DNA of 62,732 nt, from assembly GCA_965215885.1 (NCBI GenBank), contig CBDCEW010000002.1, positions 1 to 62,732 of the forward strand, read 5' to 3'. Each line of letters starts with the position of its first letter. The first letter of the stretch is position 1. This DNA comes from Candidatus Moanibacter sp. (GTDB taxonomy: Bacteria; Verrucomicrobiota; Verrucomicrobiia; Opitutales; UBA2987). Positions 49,735 to 59,086 of this stretch are shown in pieces. The notes beneath the pieces are model-generated. The model worked only from the letters and a program-made list of their open reading frames with translations, was not told the origin of the DNA and searched no databases. A program made the translations under genes and the position numbers.

Positions 49735-50526
49735 CCGTGATCTCAAGTCGATCTTCTATTCTTTCGATTTTGGATTACGACTATGATGCACGACGAGAAG
49801 ATCGAATCGGTTCCGCATCTCTCATCGCGCCTCTCAATCGTGATCTCCTGTCGATATTCCATTCTTTCGATTTTAGATCACGGCCTGCCATGATCTGCTG
49901 TCGATCTGGAGTTCCCTCGAATTTCGACTACGATTATGAATACGATTACGAGGAAGAGGAGTTGGGGGGGGCCATTCGCGTGCGAGCGATCCGGAAGGAA
50001 ATTAGGGACAGGTAATCTATCTGCCCTCGGAAGATGGGGGCTTGCCCGCGAAACACGCGAAAAATCGCGAAAGGGGGAGGTGTAGCAACGGATATGCCGT
50101 GGTCGGCCGCAGAGCCGCTACCAGAACTCATCTATGTCGTCTCTGCCGTACGGCAGAGTAGTCGATTATCGATTTCCTGCGGAGCCGCCTACATTGTCCA
50201 ATTCCTAGCGAAACGGGCTGTGATGAGCTTACACTCTGTAGAGGAACGCGGGAGCGTTTCTACGAATTGGCGGCGCAATATCGACCCGTCGTCGCTGTGC
50301 TTTGCCGAGGCAGGCAAGGTTCGGGTCCCGCTCAGCGGGATTGCGACGAGGTTTGAACAAAGGTGGTCAGTGCCCTTCGATTTACGCGGGACCACCCGAA
50401 AGGGAAACCTTGTCCCGAACCTTGGCGCGAACCTTGTCGAATCCATTTTGCCGGGAAGCACTGCCTGCCATGATCTCCAGTCGATCTTCCTTTCCCTCGA
50501 TTTTCGACTACGATTATGATTACGAA
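49735..50526. repeat. Modular intergenic repeat (GTGATCT..TCGAT..TTCGATTT..ACGA), four copies
   Basis: Copies at about 49735, 49839, 49884 and 50464. An inverted copy lies at 19998-20068. Confidence 0.8.
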
Positions 50527-50611
50527 TTTCGATTAGGAATCGACGTCGCATTCACTCGAAGGTCGTCGTCGTAATCGTAGTCGTTAGTCGGAGAGACATC
50601 CAGAGCGAATT

Positions 50612-51892
50612 TCACAATTGCCTGAAAACCTCCTCCATCGCCCCAAGCGTTCGCTCGAGTTCCTTCTGTGTATGCACGGCGCTCACATACCATCTACCGT
50701 CGGGCAGGGTGTGTATTCCCTCTTCAAGCATGGCCAGGCGAAAGCGTTGATAGGTTTCGGTATCCACTTCCAGGGTATCCACATAGTTGCGAGGCGGATC
50801 CGTTAGACCAAAATGGGCGTTGAAGACGCTGCCCACCCCACTCGTCACCAGAGGGAGACCCCGGGCGGATGCTAACTCTTCAAACCTTCGTCGAATGCAC
50901 TCCCCATGCTGCAACATAGCGGGATACGGGTCTGTTGCTTCCAACGTTCCGATCGCAGCAAGGGCAGCGACCAGGTTGAAAGATGAACCGTTATAGGTAC
51001 CGGCGTGGATCGCTCTGCCGTCGCGCAAGACATCAAACACTTCCTTTTTCCCGCCCACGGCACCCATCGTGAAACCACCCGCCATCGCTTTGGCGTAAAC
51101 GGAGAGATCCGGTTGAACGCCGAAGTATTCGCGGGCCCCTCCCAGAGCGATTCGAAAACCGGTAATCACTTCATCGAAGATAGACACCGCTCCACGGGAA
51201 CGGCAGAGATCGACAATCCCTTGCAGGTAACCTTTGTCCGGCATACAAGAACCGGAATTGGCCAGAATCGGTTCAGTGATGACGCAAGCGATCTCGTCTC
51301 CCTGTTCCTCGAAGAGCTTTTCCAGCGCCCCGCGATCATTCCATGGCAAGACAAGAGTATCGTGATATTCGCTGGCAGGTTGCCCGCCGGTGGAGGGGGC
51401 TCGGGTTCCCACTTCCTCCCGTGAGGGGTGAAAACTCACAAGCACGTTATTCAGCCATCCGTGGTAGTGCCCTTCAAACTTGACGATCCTGTCGCGACCG
51501 GTAAAGGCCCGGGCAAGTCGAATGGCGGCCTGAACGGCCTCCGATCCGGTATTGGAAAAGATAACCTGATCAACTCCCGGGAGCACATCCAACAGCTTGG
51601 CCGCTACATCGATCTCCAGCTGCTGTTGCGCGCCGAAGGTGTAACTCTTTTCAATCTGTTCCGATACAGCGGCATTGATCTCGGGATGGTTGGACCCCAG
51701 AATGAGGGGACCCCAGGCGAGGGTGTAGTCGATATACTCGTGGCCATCGACATCGTAATAGTAAGGACCATCGGCGCGCTCAAAATAGAGAAGCGGATCC
51801 GCCCATTTTCTGATCCCACTCGATACTCCGCCCGCCAGGACTTTGCAGGCTTTCTCGTAGAGCGCTTCTGATTCAGGTATGGTTATCATCAT
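50612..51892 (-). CDS. Class III aminotransferase (HemL-like)
   Basis: DVDGHEYIDY, NTGSEA, FEGHYHG, FDEVITGFR, PLP Lys in YAKA, and GTYNG. Confidence 0.92.
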   Translation of the reverse strand: MMITIPESEALYEKACKVLAGGVSSGIRKWADPLLYFERADGPYYYDVDGHEYIDYTLAWGPLILGSNHPEINAAVSEQIEKSYTFGAQQQLEIDVAAKLLDVLPGVDQVIFSNTGSEAVQAAIRLARAFTGRDRIVKFEGHYHGWLNNVLVSFHPSREEVGTRAPSTGGQPASEYHDTLVLPWNDRGALEKLFEEQGDEIACVITEPILANSGSCMPDKGYLQGIVDLCRSRGAVSIFDEVITGFRIALGGAREYFGVQPDLSVYAKAMAGGFTMGAVGGKKEVFDVLRDGRAIHAGTYNGSSFNLVAALAAIGTLEATDPYPAMLQHGECIRRRFEELASARGLPLVTSGVGSVFNAHFGLTDPPRNYVDTLEVDTETYQRFRLAMLEEGIHTLPDGRWYVSAVHTQKELERTLGAMEEVFRQL

Positions 51893-52032
51893 ATCATGGT
51901 CGCTCGGTGAAAGAGTTTCTTTCGCGCCTCCCTCTTCAACCGAGTAAAGAATCGTGAATAGCGGGAAACTGTGTCAAGAAAGAGAAGATCACGCTTAACC
52001 TGTCAGGTTTCTACTAAAGTATTGAAAAATCG

Positions 52033-52878
52033 ATGCGAAAAACGCACACTCTTTCAGAGCAATCAATGAGGGCCGACGAAACGGAAAACCCGACAGACGA
52101 ATTGGAACACATCTGCGCCAATTGCCATTCTGTCCACCCTTCTGAACCAGTTTATAGTGAATTCGCGGTTTGCCTGCATGATCCGGAATTTGAGCCCTAT
52201 CTTGATGCTATCCTGGACAAACAGGACTTCAGCCGATGCCAACACCTGATAGCCCGAAAACGCTTTGCCTGGGAAAGTAAGGCATGCGAGCATTTCGATC
52301 CAATTGATCCGGACTCGGAGATCGAATGCTCGTCGGAAGTAGCTCGCTCCCTTGAGAATCCAGCAAAGGACGGAGATCTCTCCTCTCATGCGATTGAGAA
52401 TGTCCTTCTGGAGGATCTCATCCAGCGAATCGATTGGAAGTCTCAGCCGGTTGACAGATATGTTGAACAGCTAAATAGCGCGGAGTCCTCTTCGCAGCGC
52501 GATAAGGCGATCGATTCTCTTGGCGCTCTCGTTTTGCAAGGCAACAAGGCAGCCTTTGATGTGCTGTGTAGCACGTTGAGGAATCTGTCGCCCGGAGATA
52601 CTCTCTCGCAATCTCAATTCAAGAGCAGGCTGCTGCGGAACTTGAATTTGACGCGCGACTACCGAAGGGATTTGGCTCATTTGTTGGTCCAGGATCTCTT
52701 CAATACCCCGTCCAACAATCAAACACGTGGTTGGTACACGGACGTGTTTAAATTCTTCGTAGGCTCAGCTTGGGAATTTGCGGAGGAGGCCCTCTCTCCG
52801 ATGCTGGACTCGCCCAGGTTTTCATACCGCATCAAACGGCGCGTCAGGGAAGTTATCTTGCGGTGCGAGGAACGGTAA
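52033..52878 (+). CDS. Hypothetical protein, Cys-rich N-terminus and helical C-terminus
   Basis: 281-aa ORF with CANC..C..C..C and no recognised family. Confidence 0.7.
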   Translation: MRKTHTLSEQSMRADETENPTDELEHICANCHSVHPSEPVYSEFAVCLHDPEFEPYLDAILDKQDFSRCQHLIARKRFAWESKACEHFDPIDPDSEIECSSEVARSLENPAKDGDLSSHAIENVLLEDLIQRIDWKSQPVDRYVEQLNSAESSSQRDKAIDSLGALVLQGNKAAFDVLCSTLRNLSPGDTLSQSQFKSRLLRNLNLTRDYRRDLAHLLVQDLFNTPSNNQTRGWYTDVFKFFVGSAWEFAEEALSPMLDSPRFSYRIKRRVREVILRCEER

Positions 52879-52879
52879 A

Positions 52880-53145
52880 TCCAGCATGACGATCTTTCCC
52901 TGCGCATTCAAGACTTCCCCCGCCTCGACCGAGTCTGGCTTGCGGCCCTCATCGATCGCCAAGATCCGGCCGTCGTCGTCGACCGTAAAGTAGCCGAGAA
53001 AAGAATCGCGTCCCTCATCGGCCAGCGGAAGAAGGAGCGCGTTATGGACGAGGAGAGAAGGGTTTTCCGGTTCACCGCATAACGTTATCCACGCCAGAGG
53101 TAGCGCTGACGCAACAATCACTCCCGCCCACCGAGATCGGTTCAC
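52880..53145 (-). pseudogene. N-terminal remnant of a secreted amidohydrolase
   Basis: Signal-like start, then GRILAI..EVLNAQGKIVM. It stops just before the expected PG..HxH motif. Confidence 0.7.
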
Positions 53146-54218
53146 AGCGATGAATCTCGATCACTCCGGAAGGTTCGGCAGGCTTCCGCGAGTCTCCCCA
53201 GTTTGCTTCTTGTAATCTCCAGTGGTACGTGGCCAAAGCCGCACTCGCTCGTCAGGAGGAGCCGATCGGGCTCAAAAAACTCCAAAGCGGGTTTCGTTCT
53301 CTCCCAGATCGTTTCGACACTTTCGAGTTCATCACTCCGCTGATCAAGGACACCCAAAGAGAGGTCTCCCTGAAAATCCCAATCGCTCCAGAGGTCCATC
53401 AGATCGTAATGGAGGGTACAATGCTCCAGATGGACCTCGTGGATTTTCAACTTGGACAATCCATCAGCCATATCGGTGTATTTCCCAAAATAGGCTCTCT
53501 TTCGGTGGGCATTACCTCCGCAGATGTGAAGGCCAAAACGAATATCGCAAAATCGATCGATGATTCGATTCAGGATATCGGCTACCCATGTGATATCGTC
53601 GGGCGATTCGGTCAAAACCGGTTCGTCGAACTGAACAAAATCACAACCAACATCCCGAAGCGCCTCAATTTCTTCGATTATCACATCCGCATACGCATTG
53701 GCCAGTGCGATATCATCCCTATAAAGGTCCTCTCTTTCATTGAAAGAGAATTTCGCCAACATATGAGGCCCGGTAATCGTCTGCTTAACCTGCACATGAC
53801 TGGGGGCGGTCTCTCGAGCGACTTTCCATTTTTGCGCCAGTTTCATCCTCGGATTGCTGATCGTGTCCACCACCCGAGCACACTCGATTCCGAATCCTCC
53901 CTCTTCGATAACCAGCTTGTGGGCCCGGGATAAATCGACATTTTCGGTCGAACCACCGAGCGAGAACCGCTTGTACTTTTTCTCTTCCGCGTCGATACCA
54001 TCCAGCCGCAATTGGTAGAACCAGTACATATTCTCTCGATAGGCTTCCCCGTCGGTGATGACGTCGAGCCCAAGAGAGACCTGATCCTCGGTTGCCCATT
54101 TAACCAATTCGAGGGCCTCTTCGTCCGATACAGTCGGTTTTCTCAACGTATCCTTCTGGACGGTTGGCCTGGGATAACTTCCCGCTACTGTCGATCTGAA
54201 TTTCATAAACTGTTTCAT
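53142..54218 (-). CDS. Cobalamin-independent methionine synthase II family protein
   Basis: GSYPRP, DVITDGE, QFDEP, Zn ligands HIC and CGF. Confidence 0.9.
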   Translation of the reverse strand: MKQFMKFRSTVAGSYPRPTVQKDTLRKPTVSDEEALELVKWATEDQVSLGLDVITDGEAYRENMYWFYQLRLDGIDAEEKKYKRFSLGGSTENVDLSRAHKLVIEEGGFGIECARVVDTISNPRMKLAQKWKVARETAPSHVQVKQTITGPHMLAKFSFNEREDLYRDDIALANAYADVIIEEIEALRDVGCDFVQFDEPVLTESPDDITWVADILNRIIDRFCDIRFGLHICGGNAHRKRAYFGKYTDMADGLSKLKIHEVHLEHCTLHYDLMDLWSDWDFQGDLSLGVLDQRSDELESVETIWERTKPALEFFEPDRLLLTSECGFGHVPLEITRSKLGRLAEACRTFRSDRDSSL

Positions 54219-54747
54219 TTAAAGGGTCCGCTCTGACCATTCTGAAATCGAGAAGAATCCACGGGCTGCTGCTTTCAGGGGATTGGGAAGGTGGGTGATT
54301 TGCGATGGTGGTCGCCGCGCTGATCCTTGGGGCGTTCCTTGAACCAGGTCACAAGATTGACGAGTTGTTTGACCGCTTCCTCGTAGCGATATTCATTGAG
54401 CACGCGTTCGGACATTTGAGTTCCTTTCGATCTGGAGAAGTGTGCCACTCTGATGCCATTCACCACCGGATAATGCAACTCGATTCCGAAATTGAGCTTC
54501 CCCTCGACAACAAATGGAGACGTTTAAGTCTTCGTATTCTAATCGATAACATCGATCGATCGAAAGGAATTGAACTCCCTGAACCCCTTCAATATCTTCT
54601 GTGCCCTTTTGTTCGATAACCCGCTTTTTGTGGCCGGTAAGCTCTGCCGTATGGCAGAGTGGTTGGGAAGAGCATCTTGCCACAATACCGTCCTCGGTAA
54701 CTTGTGAGAAAAGCGGGGTAAGTCCAACAGATTCCTAGGATGAAATC

Positions 54748-55797
54748 ATGTATCGAGTAGGCATCATCGGCTGCGGCCGACCGAAGAAAACCGAAGGCGC
54801 GACCGGTTCCGGAATCGCCCATCACCATGCCGCGGGTTACAAGGCCTGTGCCGAAACAGAAATCGTCGCGGTAGCGGATATTGTGCGCGAGAATGCGCTG
54901 GCTTTCGCATCAGAGCACGACGTGCCGAACATCTACGAAAACTACCGGGAGATGCTCGACAAGGAAGCTCTCGACATCGTGAGCGTCTGCCTCTGGATCG
55001 CCCTCCACGCACCCGTCGTCAACGATGTTGCGGCGTCGGGGGTCAAAGCCATTCACTGCGAAAAGCCGATGGCGCCAACTTTCGGCGAAGCGAAATCGAT
55101 GGTGGAATCATGCGAGGAAAGGGGAGTCCAACTCACCTTTAATCATCAGCGCCGGTTCGGTCCCACTTTCCGCAAGGCGAAGGAAATCGCTCATTCCGGA
55201 GCAATCGGCGAGATTCGTCGTCTCGAGGGTTTTTGCGGCGACATCTTCGACTGGGGAACCCACTGGATCGACATGATGTTTTTCTACAACAATGACCAAC
55301 CCGCAGAGTGGGTATTGGGGCAGATCGACAGCCGGACAGAGCGAGAGATCTTCGGCGTAGCGCTGGAAAATCAGGCTCTCTGTCGAATTCACTGGAAAAA
55401 CGGCGTGACCGGCCTTTTGGAAACAGGGGCGGAGAATCGGACATGCGCAAATCGCATTATCGGCTCCGACGGCATGATCGAAGTTGGCGTCCCAGACGGC
55501 TCCCCCCTCCGTTTCATGGGAAGGGAGACCCGTGGCTGGGATGAGCCCGAACTCGACAGAGGCCTGCATGGGGGTGACTTTTTCGCCGCCGCCATATTAG
55601 ACCTCGTTGATTCCCTGAAGACGGGTCGAGAACCGGAACTGGACGGTCAAAAGGCGCTTCGGGCAACCGAGATCATCTTCAGTGCCTATGAATCGAGTCG
55701 GCGCCGCGCTCGAATCGACCTTCCCCTCGACATCACCGACTCTCCTCTCCTGGATATGTTGGAACGCGGTCTGATCGGGCCGAATCGCCATCCGTAG
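54748..55797 (+). CDS. Gfo/Idh/MocA family oxidoreductase
   Basis: VGIIGCG, CEKPMA, NHQRRF and DWGTHWID. Confidence 0.93.
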   Translation: MYRVGIIGCGRPKKTEGATGSGIAHHHAAGYKACAETEIVAVADIVRENALAFASEHDVPNIYENYREMLDKEALDIVSVCLWIALHAPVVNDVAASGVKAIHCEKPMAPTFGEAKSMVESCEERGVQLTFNHQRRFGPTFRKAKEIAHSGAIGEIRRLEGFCGDIFDWGTHWIDMMFFYNNDQPAEWVLGQIDSRTEREIFGVALENQALCRIHWKNGVTGLLETGAENRTCANRIIGSDGMIEVGVPDGSPLRFMGRETRGWDEPELDRGLHGGDFFAAAILDLVDSLKTGREPELDGQKALRATEIIFSAYESSRRRARIDLPLDITDSPLLDMLERGLIGPNRHP

Positions 55798-55898
55798 ATC
55801 GCGATTGATTAATACGACGTTCCAGAGAAAGCACCTCGCGGACAACGCCGGTTTGCGCATAATAACAATACAAAGGATGAAATGGCATCGGATTCCAA

Positions 55899-57203
55899 TC
55901 AGATCTCTTTGAAAGCTTTCATCCGCTGAAGGTAGGTCCCCTGGGCCATGGGTCCGTCGAGAAGAGGATCTCCCGTATCCACCATCCACTTCCTTAACTT
56001 CCCGATCAAATCGTCGCGAGTCGACCGGTATGACGGCTCATCGACGAGATTATGTTGCTCAAGGGGGTCCTCCCGCAGGTCGTAGAGTTCAAAAGGCGGA
56101 TGATAGAGGCTGTCGTTAGGACGATCGAGGGCCTTCAAAACCTCGGGGTAACCCTTTGCGTTGTTGGCATAGTCGGGGGATGTCTCCTGCCAGGGTGCAT
56201 ACTCGAAGTTGGCGATCAGTTTCCATCGCCGAGTCCGGACCGCTCGCATGGGATCATAGTAGGTATGGTAGGTCTTCTCCGCAAAGACCGCTTCATTTGG
56301 GACGTATTCACCACCGGTAAGGAGACCGAGAAAGCTCCTTCCCTGGATGGGGGTCGGAATCGCGACCCCGACAAACTCCAAAAGGGTCGGCGCCACATCG
56401 ACGTTGGATATCATCTCGCCGTAAACCCTTCCACCCGGTACTCCGGGAAGATGCATGATCAGGGGCACTTCGATTCCCGCATCGTACAATGTCATCTTAG
56501 CATGAGGGAAAGGGATGCCGTGGTCCGCCGTAAAGACGAGGATGGTGTCTTCAGCAATTCGGGAGGAACCGATCGCTTCCCTGATCCGGCCGAAAGCTCT
56601 GTCGGCTGAGGCGATCGAGGCCTCAAAATCGGCGAGATCCTCGCGCACTTCCGGAATTTCCGGAAGGTAGGAGGGAACGCTCAAATCGGATTGCGGTTGA
56701 CATTCCACATCGGGATGCGGGAACGGCCGGTGGGGTTCGAAAAATCCGACCTCCACAAACAGCGGCGCATCGGAACGATCACGGTCTGCGATGAAGTCGC
56801 AGAAGCTGTCAGCGACCTTTGCACAGTCATCGCGGCCGTGAATCTGCGTGAGGCCGCACCGCTCAGGGGAACGCGCCTCGTGCTGCATTCCGAACAGGTT
56901 AGACTCGTAACCGGCCGCGCCCAGTGTTTGAGCAAGGTGCCGTTCATCTGGGTTCAGATCGTTCTGAAAACCAGCATGGGTTAACCCGACGACGCCATTG
57001 GCATGGGGGAAGCGCCCCGTCCAAAGCGCCGCCCGGGAGGGACTGCATTGGGGAGCGGTGCAAAAGCTTGTAGGAAAACGGATTCCGGATGCTGCAAAGG
57101 CGTCGACGTTCGGCGACCGCACTTCTTTAACGCCGTAGCATCCAAGATGCCGCCCAAGATCGTGACAAATCACTACCACAATGTTGAAGGGTCTCTTCTC
57201 CAT
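55899..57203 (-). CDS. Sulfatase (formylglycine-dependent, S1)
   Basis: [21 protein letters not shown] and ADHG. Confidence 0.95.
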   Translation of the reverse strand: MEKRPFNIVVVICHDLGRHLGCYGVKEVRSPNVDAFAASGIRFPTSFCTAPQCSPSRAALWTGRFPHANGVVGLTHAGFQNDLNPDERHLAQTLGAAGYESNLFGMQHEARSPERCGLTQIHGRDDCAKVADSFCDFIADRDRSDAPLFVEVGFFEPHRPFPHPDVECQPQSDLSVPSYLPEIPEVREDLADFEASIASADRAFGRIREAIGSSRIAEDTILVFTADHGIPFPHAKMTLYDAGIEVPLIMHLPGVPGGRVYGEMISNVDVAPTLLEFVGVAIPTPIQGRSFLGLLTGGEYVPNEAVFAEKTYHTYYDPMRAVRTRRWKLIANFEYAPWQETSPDYANNAKGYPEVLKALDRPNDSLYHPPFELYDLREDPLEQHNLVDEPSYRSTRDDLIGKLRKWMVDTGDPLLDGPMAQGTYLQRMKAFKEI

Positions 57204-57233
57204 TACCTGTATATATTCCAAGAATCGGGATAC

Positions 57234-57392
57234 TCAGAATTCCGTCAGCCTGCCAGCGCTTCCGCACTGTTTAATGTATTGGAGCCGCTCGTCCGTCGCT
57301 TCGTTGAACTGGCCCAATCCAACTCGCATGGGCAAGTCCTTCAGCCCGGTGTCCGGAATTGCTGAGGGGAATTCCCCTTTCATGCGGGACAT
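57234..57392 (-). pseudogene. N-terminal remnant of a second mannonate-dehydratase-like gene
   Basis: MRVGLGQFNEATDERLQYIKQCG; compare DETRLALLKQLG in the intact gene at 47130. Confidence 0.6.
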
Positions 57393-57701
57393 TCATTCAA
57401 CACTTCGTAAGGTGGACAAGCTTTTTGCTCAGAATTCGGAGGACGAGTTTCCTGCCTTATGCCGGGAGGCGTTGGGAGGATTGGAAAATCCGATGATCGC
57501 AGGTCTTCGGATCAGCCCCGCCCCTCTTCAAACTGCCCTCCGGATTCGCTTGCATTATAAACTGTAATTCAGTGTAACGGCGTATGTTGCCCAAAGTCAG
57601 GAGTTTTCACATTTTGAAGGGACCGATCTCTGACTTTGATTGTGCAGGTTTTTCCGCTGATAAAATCGAAAGAGCCCGCTACGAAAAAGAATGAATTGAA
57701 C

Positions 57702-58517
57702 ATGGATATGAAGTACGCATTTATGAGTTTTTCATGCCCGGATCTCACCTTTCCGCAGATCCTCGATTTGGCCGGCAATCTTGGATACACGGGAGTGGAA
57801 CCTCGCGCGAGCAGCAACCACAAGCATGGCGTGGAACTGGACGCCGACTCCGGCGCCCGAGAAGAGATCAAAGGACTGGCCGCTGAATCCGGGATCGACA
57901 TCTGCTGCCTCGCGATCTCCTGTCGTTATGCCGACCCTTCCACGGCCGCGCAAAATGTGAAAGACACGCTGGAATTTATCGACCTGGCAGCCGATATCGG
58001 TTCGCCGTGCCTGCGAGTATTCGGAGGACAACTCGGTGGCGGACTGAGTCGCGAAGAGGCGATCGTTCTTGTTTCAAACTCACTGCGTTCCTGTGCCGAT
58101 CAAGCGGAGAAGCGGCGCGTTAAGATTTGTGTGGAGACCCACGACGACTGGTGTGATCCAAATCACCTGGCCGATGTCATGAAACGCGTCGACCACCCGA
58201 ACATCTGTGTAAACTGGGATATCATGCATCCGGTGCGCACAGCCGGCTATACCATGGATGAAGCGTATAACGCCATAGCGCCGTGGATCGGGCATGTCCA
58301 CCTTCACGACGGCGTGAAGGCAAACGGTAAGATGGAACTGAGGCCGATCGGAGAGGGCATCATCGACCACAAGAGAGCGGCGCAGATTTTGAAAGAGGCT
58401 AACTATGACGGCTACGCCAGCGGCGAATGGATCGGTTGGGAACCTTACGAAATCCACCTTCCGAGGGAACTCGCGGCAATGAAAGAAATCGAGAGGCAGC
58501 TTGATTGTCCATCTTAA
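57702..58517 (+). CDS. Sugar phosphate isomerase/epimerase
   Basis: GYTGVE, RVFGG, VETHD, NWDIMH, HVHLHD and SGEW. Confidence 0.9.
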   Translation: MDMKYAFMSFSCPDLTFPQILDLAGNLGYTGVEPRASSNHKHGVELDADSGAREEIKGLAAESGIDICCLAISCRYADPSTAAQNVKDTLEFIDLAADIGSPCLRVFGGQLGGGLSREEAIVLVSNSLRSCADQAEKRRVKICVETHDDWCDPNHLADVMKRVDHPNICVNWDIMHPVRTAGYTMDEAYNAIAPWIGHVHLHDGVKANGKMELRPIGEGIIDHKRAAQILKEANYDGYASGEWIGWEPYEIHLPRELAAMKEIERQLDCPS

Positions 58518-58648
58518 TTACCCGGATATCTTATCTCTTCCTCGTTAGACAACTTCCGGATTATACGAAATTCTCCCGGATTCCGCTACTAAGAATAAAA
58601 CTTGCCAGGCGTGTTAGAGATCTCGGAAGTGTGTGAGTAAAGTCTGTT

Positions 58649-58942
58649 ATGACCCAACCTTCCACGAAGTCATCCACCCCGAAACAGCGGCTGCTCTACC
58701 TGCACGCCCGAACCCCGAGTGTATTCTCCGAAATCATCGGCCTTACGCTGATCGAACCGGTTAAAGGATACCGAGCTGAAATCGATGGAGAAACGGCCGC
58801 CTGGCCCTATCATACCGTCCACGACGCACTCGTGGACGGTTGGCAAATCATCCAATTTCCGCATATGCAGGCACCCTTCGATGATCGCGATCTCGACGTC
58901 GTTGGATACGAATTCATTCTCCAAAAACTGGTATGTTTATAG
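58649..58942 (+). CDS. Small conserved hypothetical protein
   Basis: 97-aa ORF with PY..V.DA..DGW.IIQF and GYEFILQK. Confidence 0.75.
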   Translation: MTQPSTKSSTPKQRLLYLHARTPSVFSEIIGLTLIEPVKGYRAEIDGETAAWPYHTVHDALVDGWQIIQFPHMQAPFDDRDLDVVGYEFILQKLVCL

Positions 58943-59086
58943 CGTGCTGAATCACCGGGTGATGAAAAACATGACTTGCATATGCGAGAGGAGGTTATAT
59001 AACTTAATCATGTTATATTACGCAAAAGGGTTATATGACTCGGCAGATCGGATCGATGTCATGTGTGGATATTCTAAAACGTCATT

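Noticed and set aside
49400..50590. Possible CRISPR array
   Set aside because: The repeats are degenerate and irregularly spaced, there are no unique equal-length spacers, and there are no cas genes.
54275..54683. Short minus-strand ORFs upstream of the Met synthase II gene
   Set aside because: No recognisable family. They may be another stump, but I cannot support a call.
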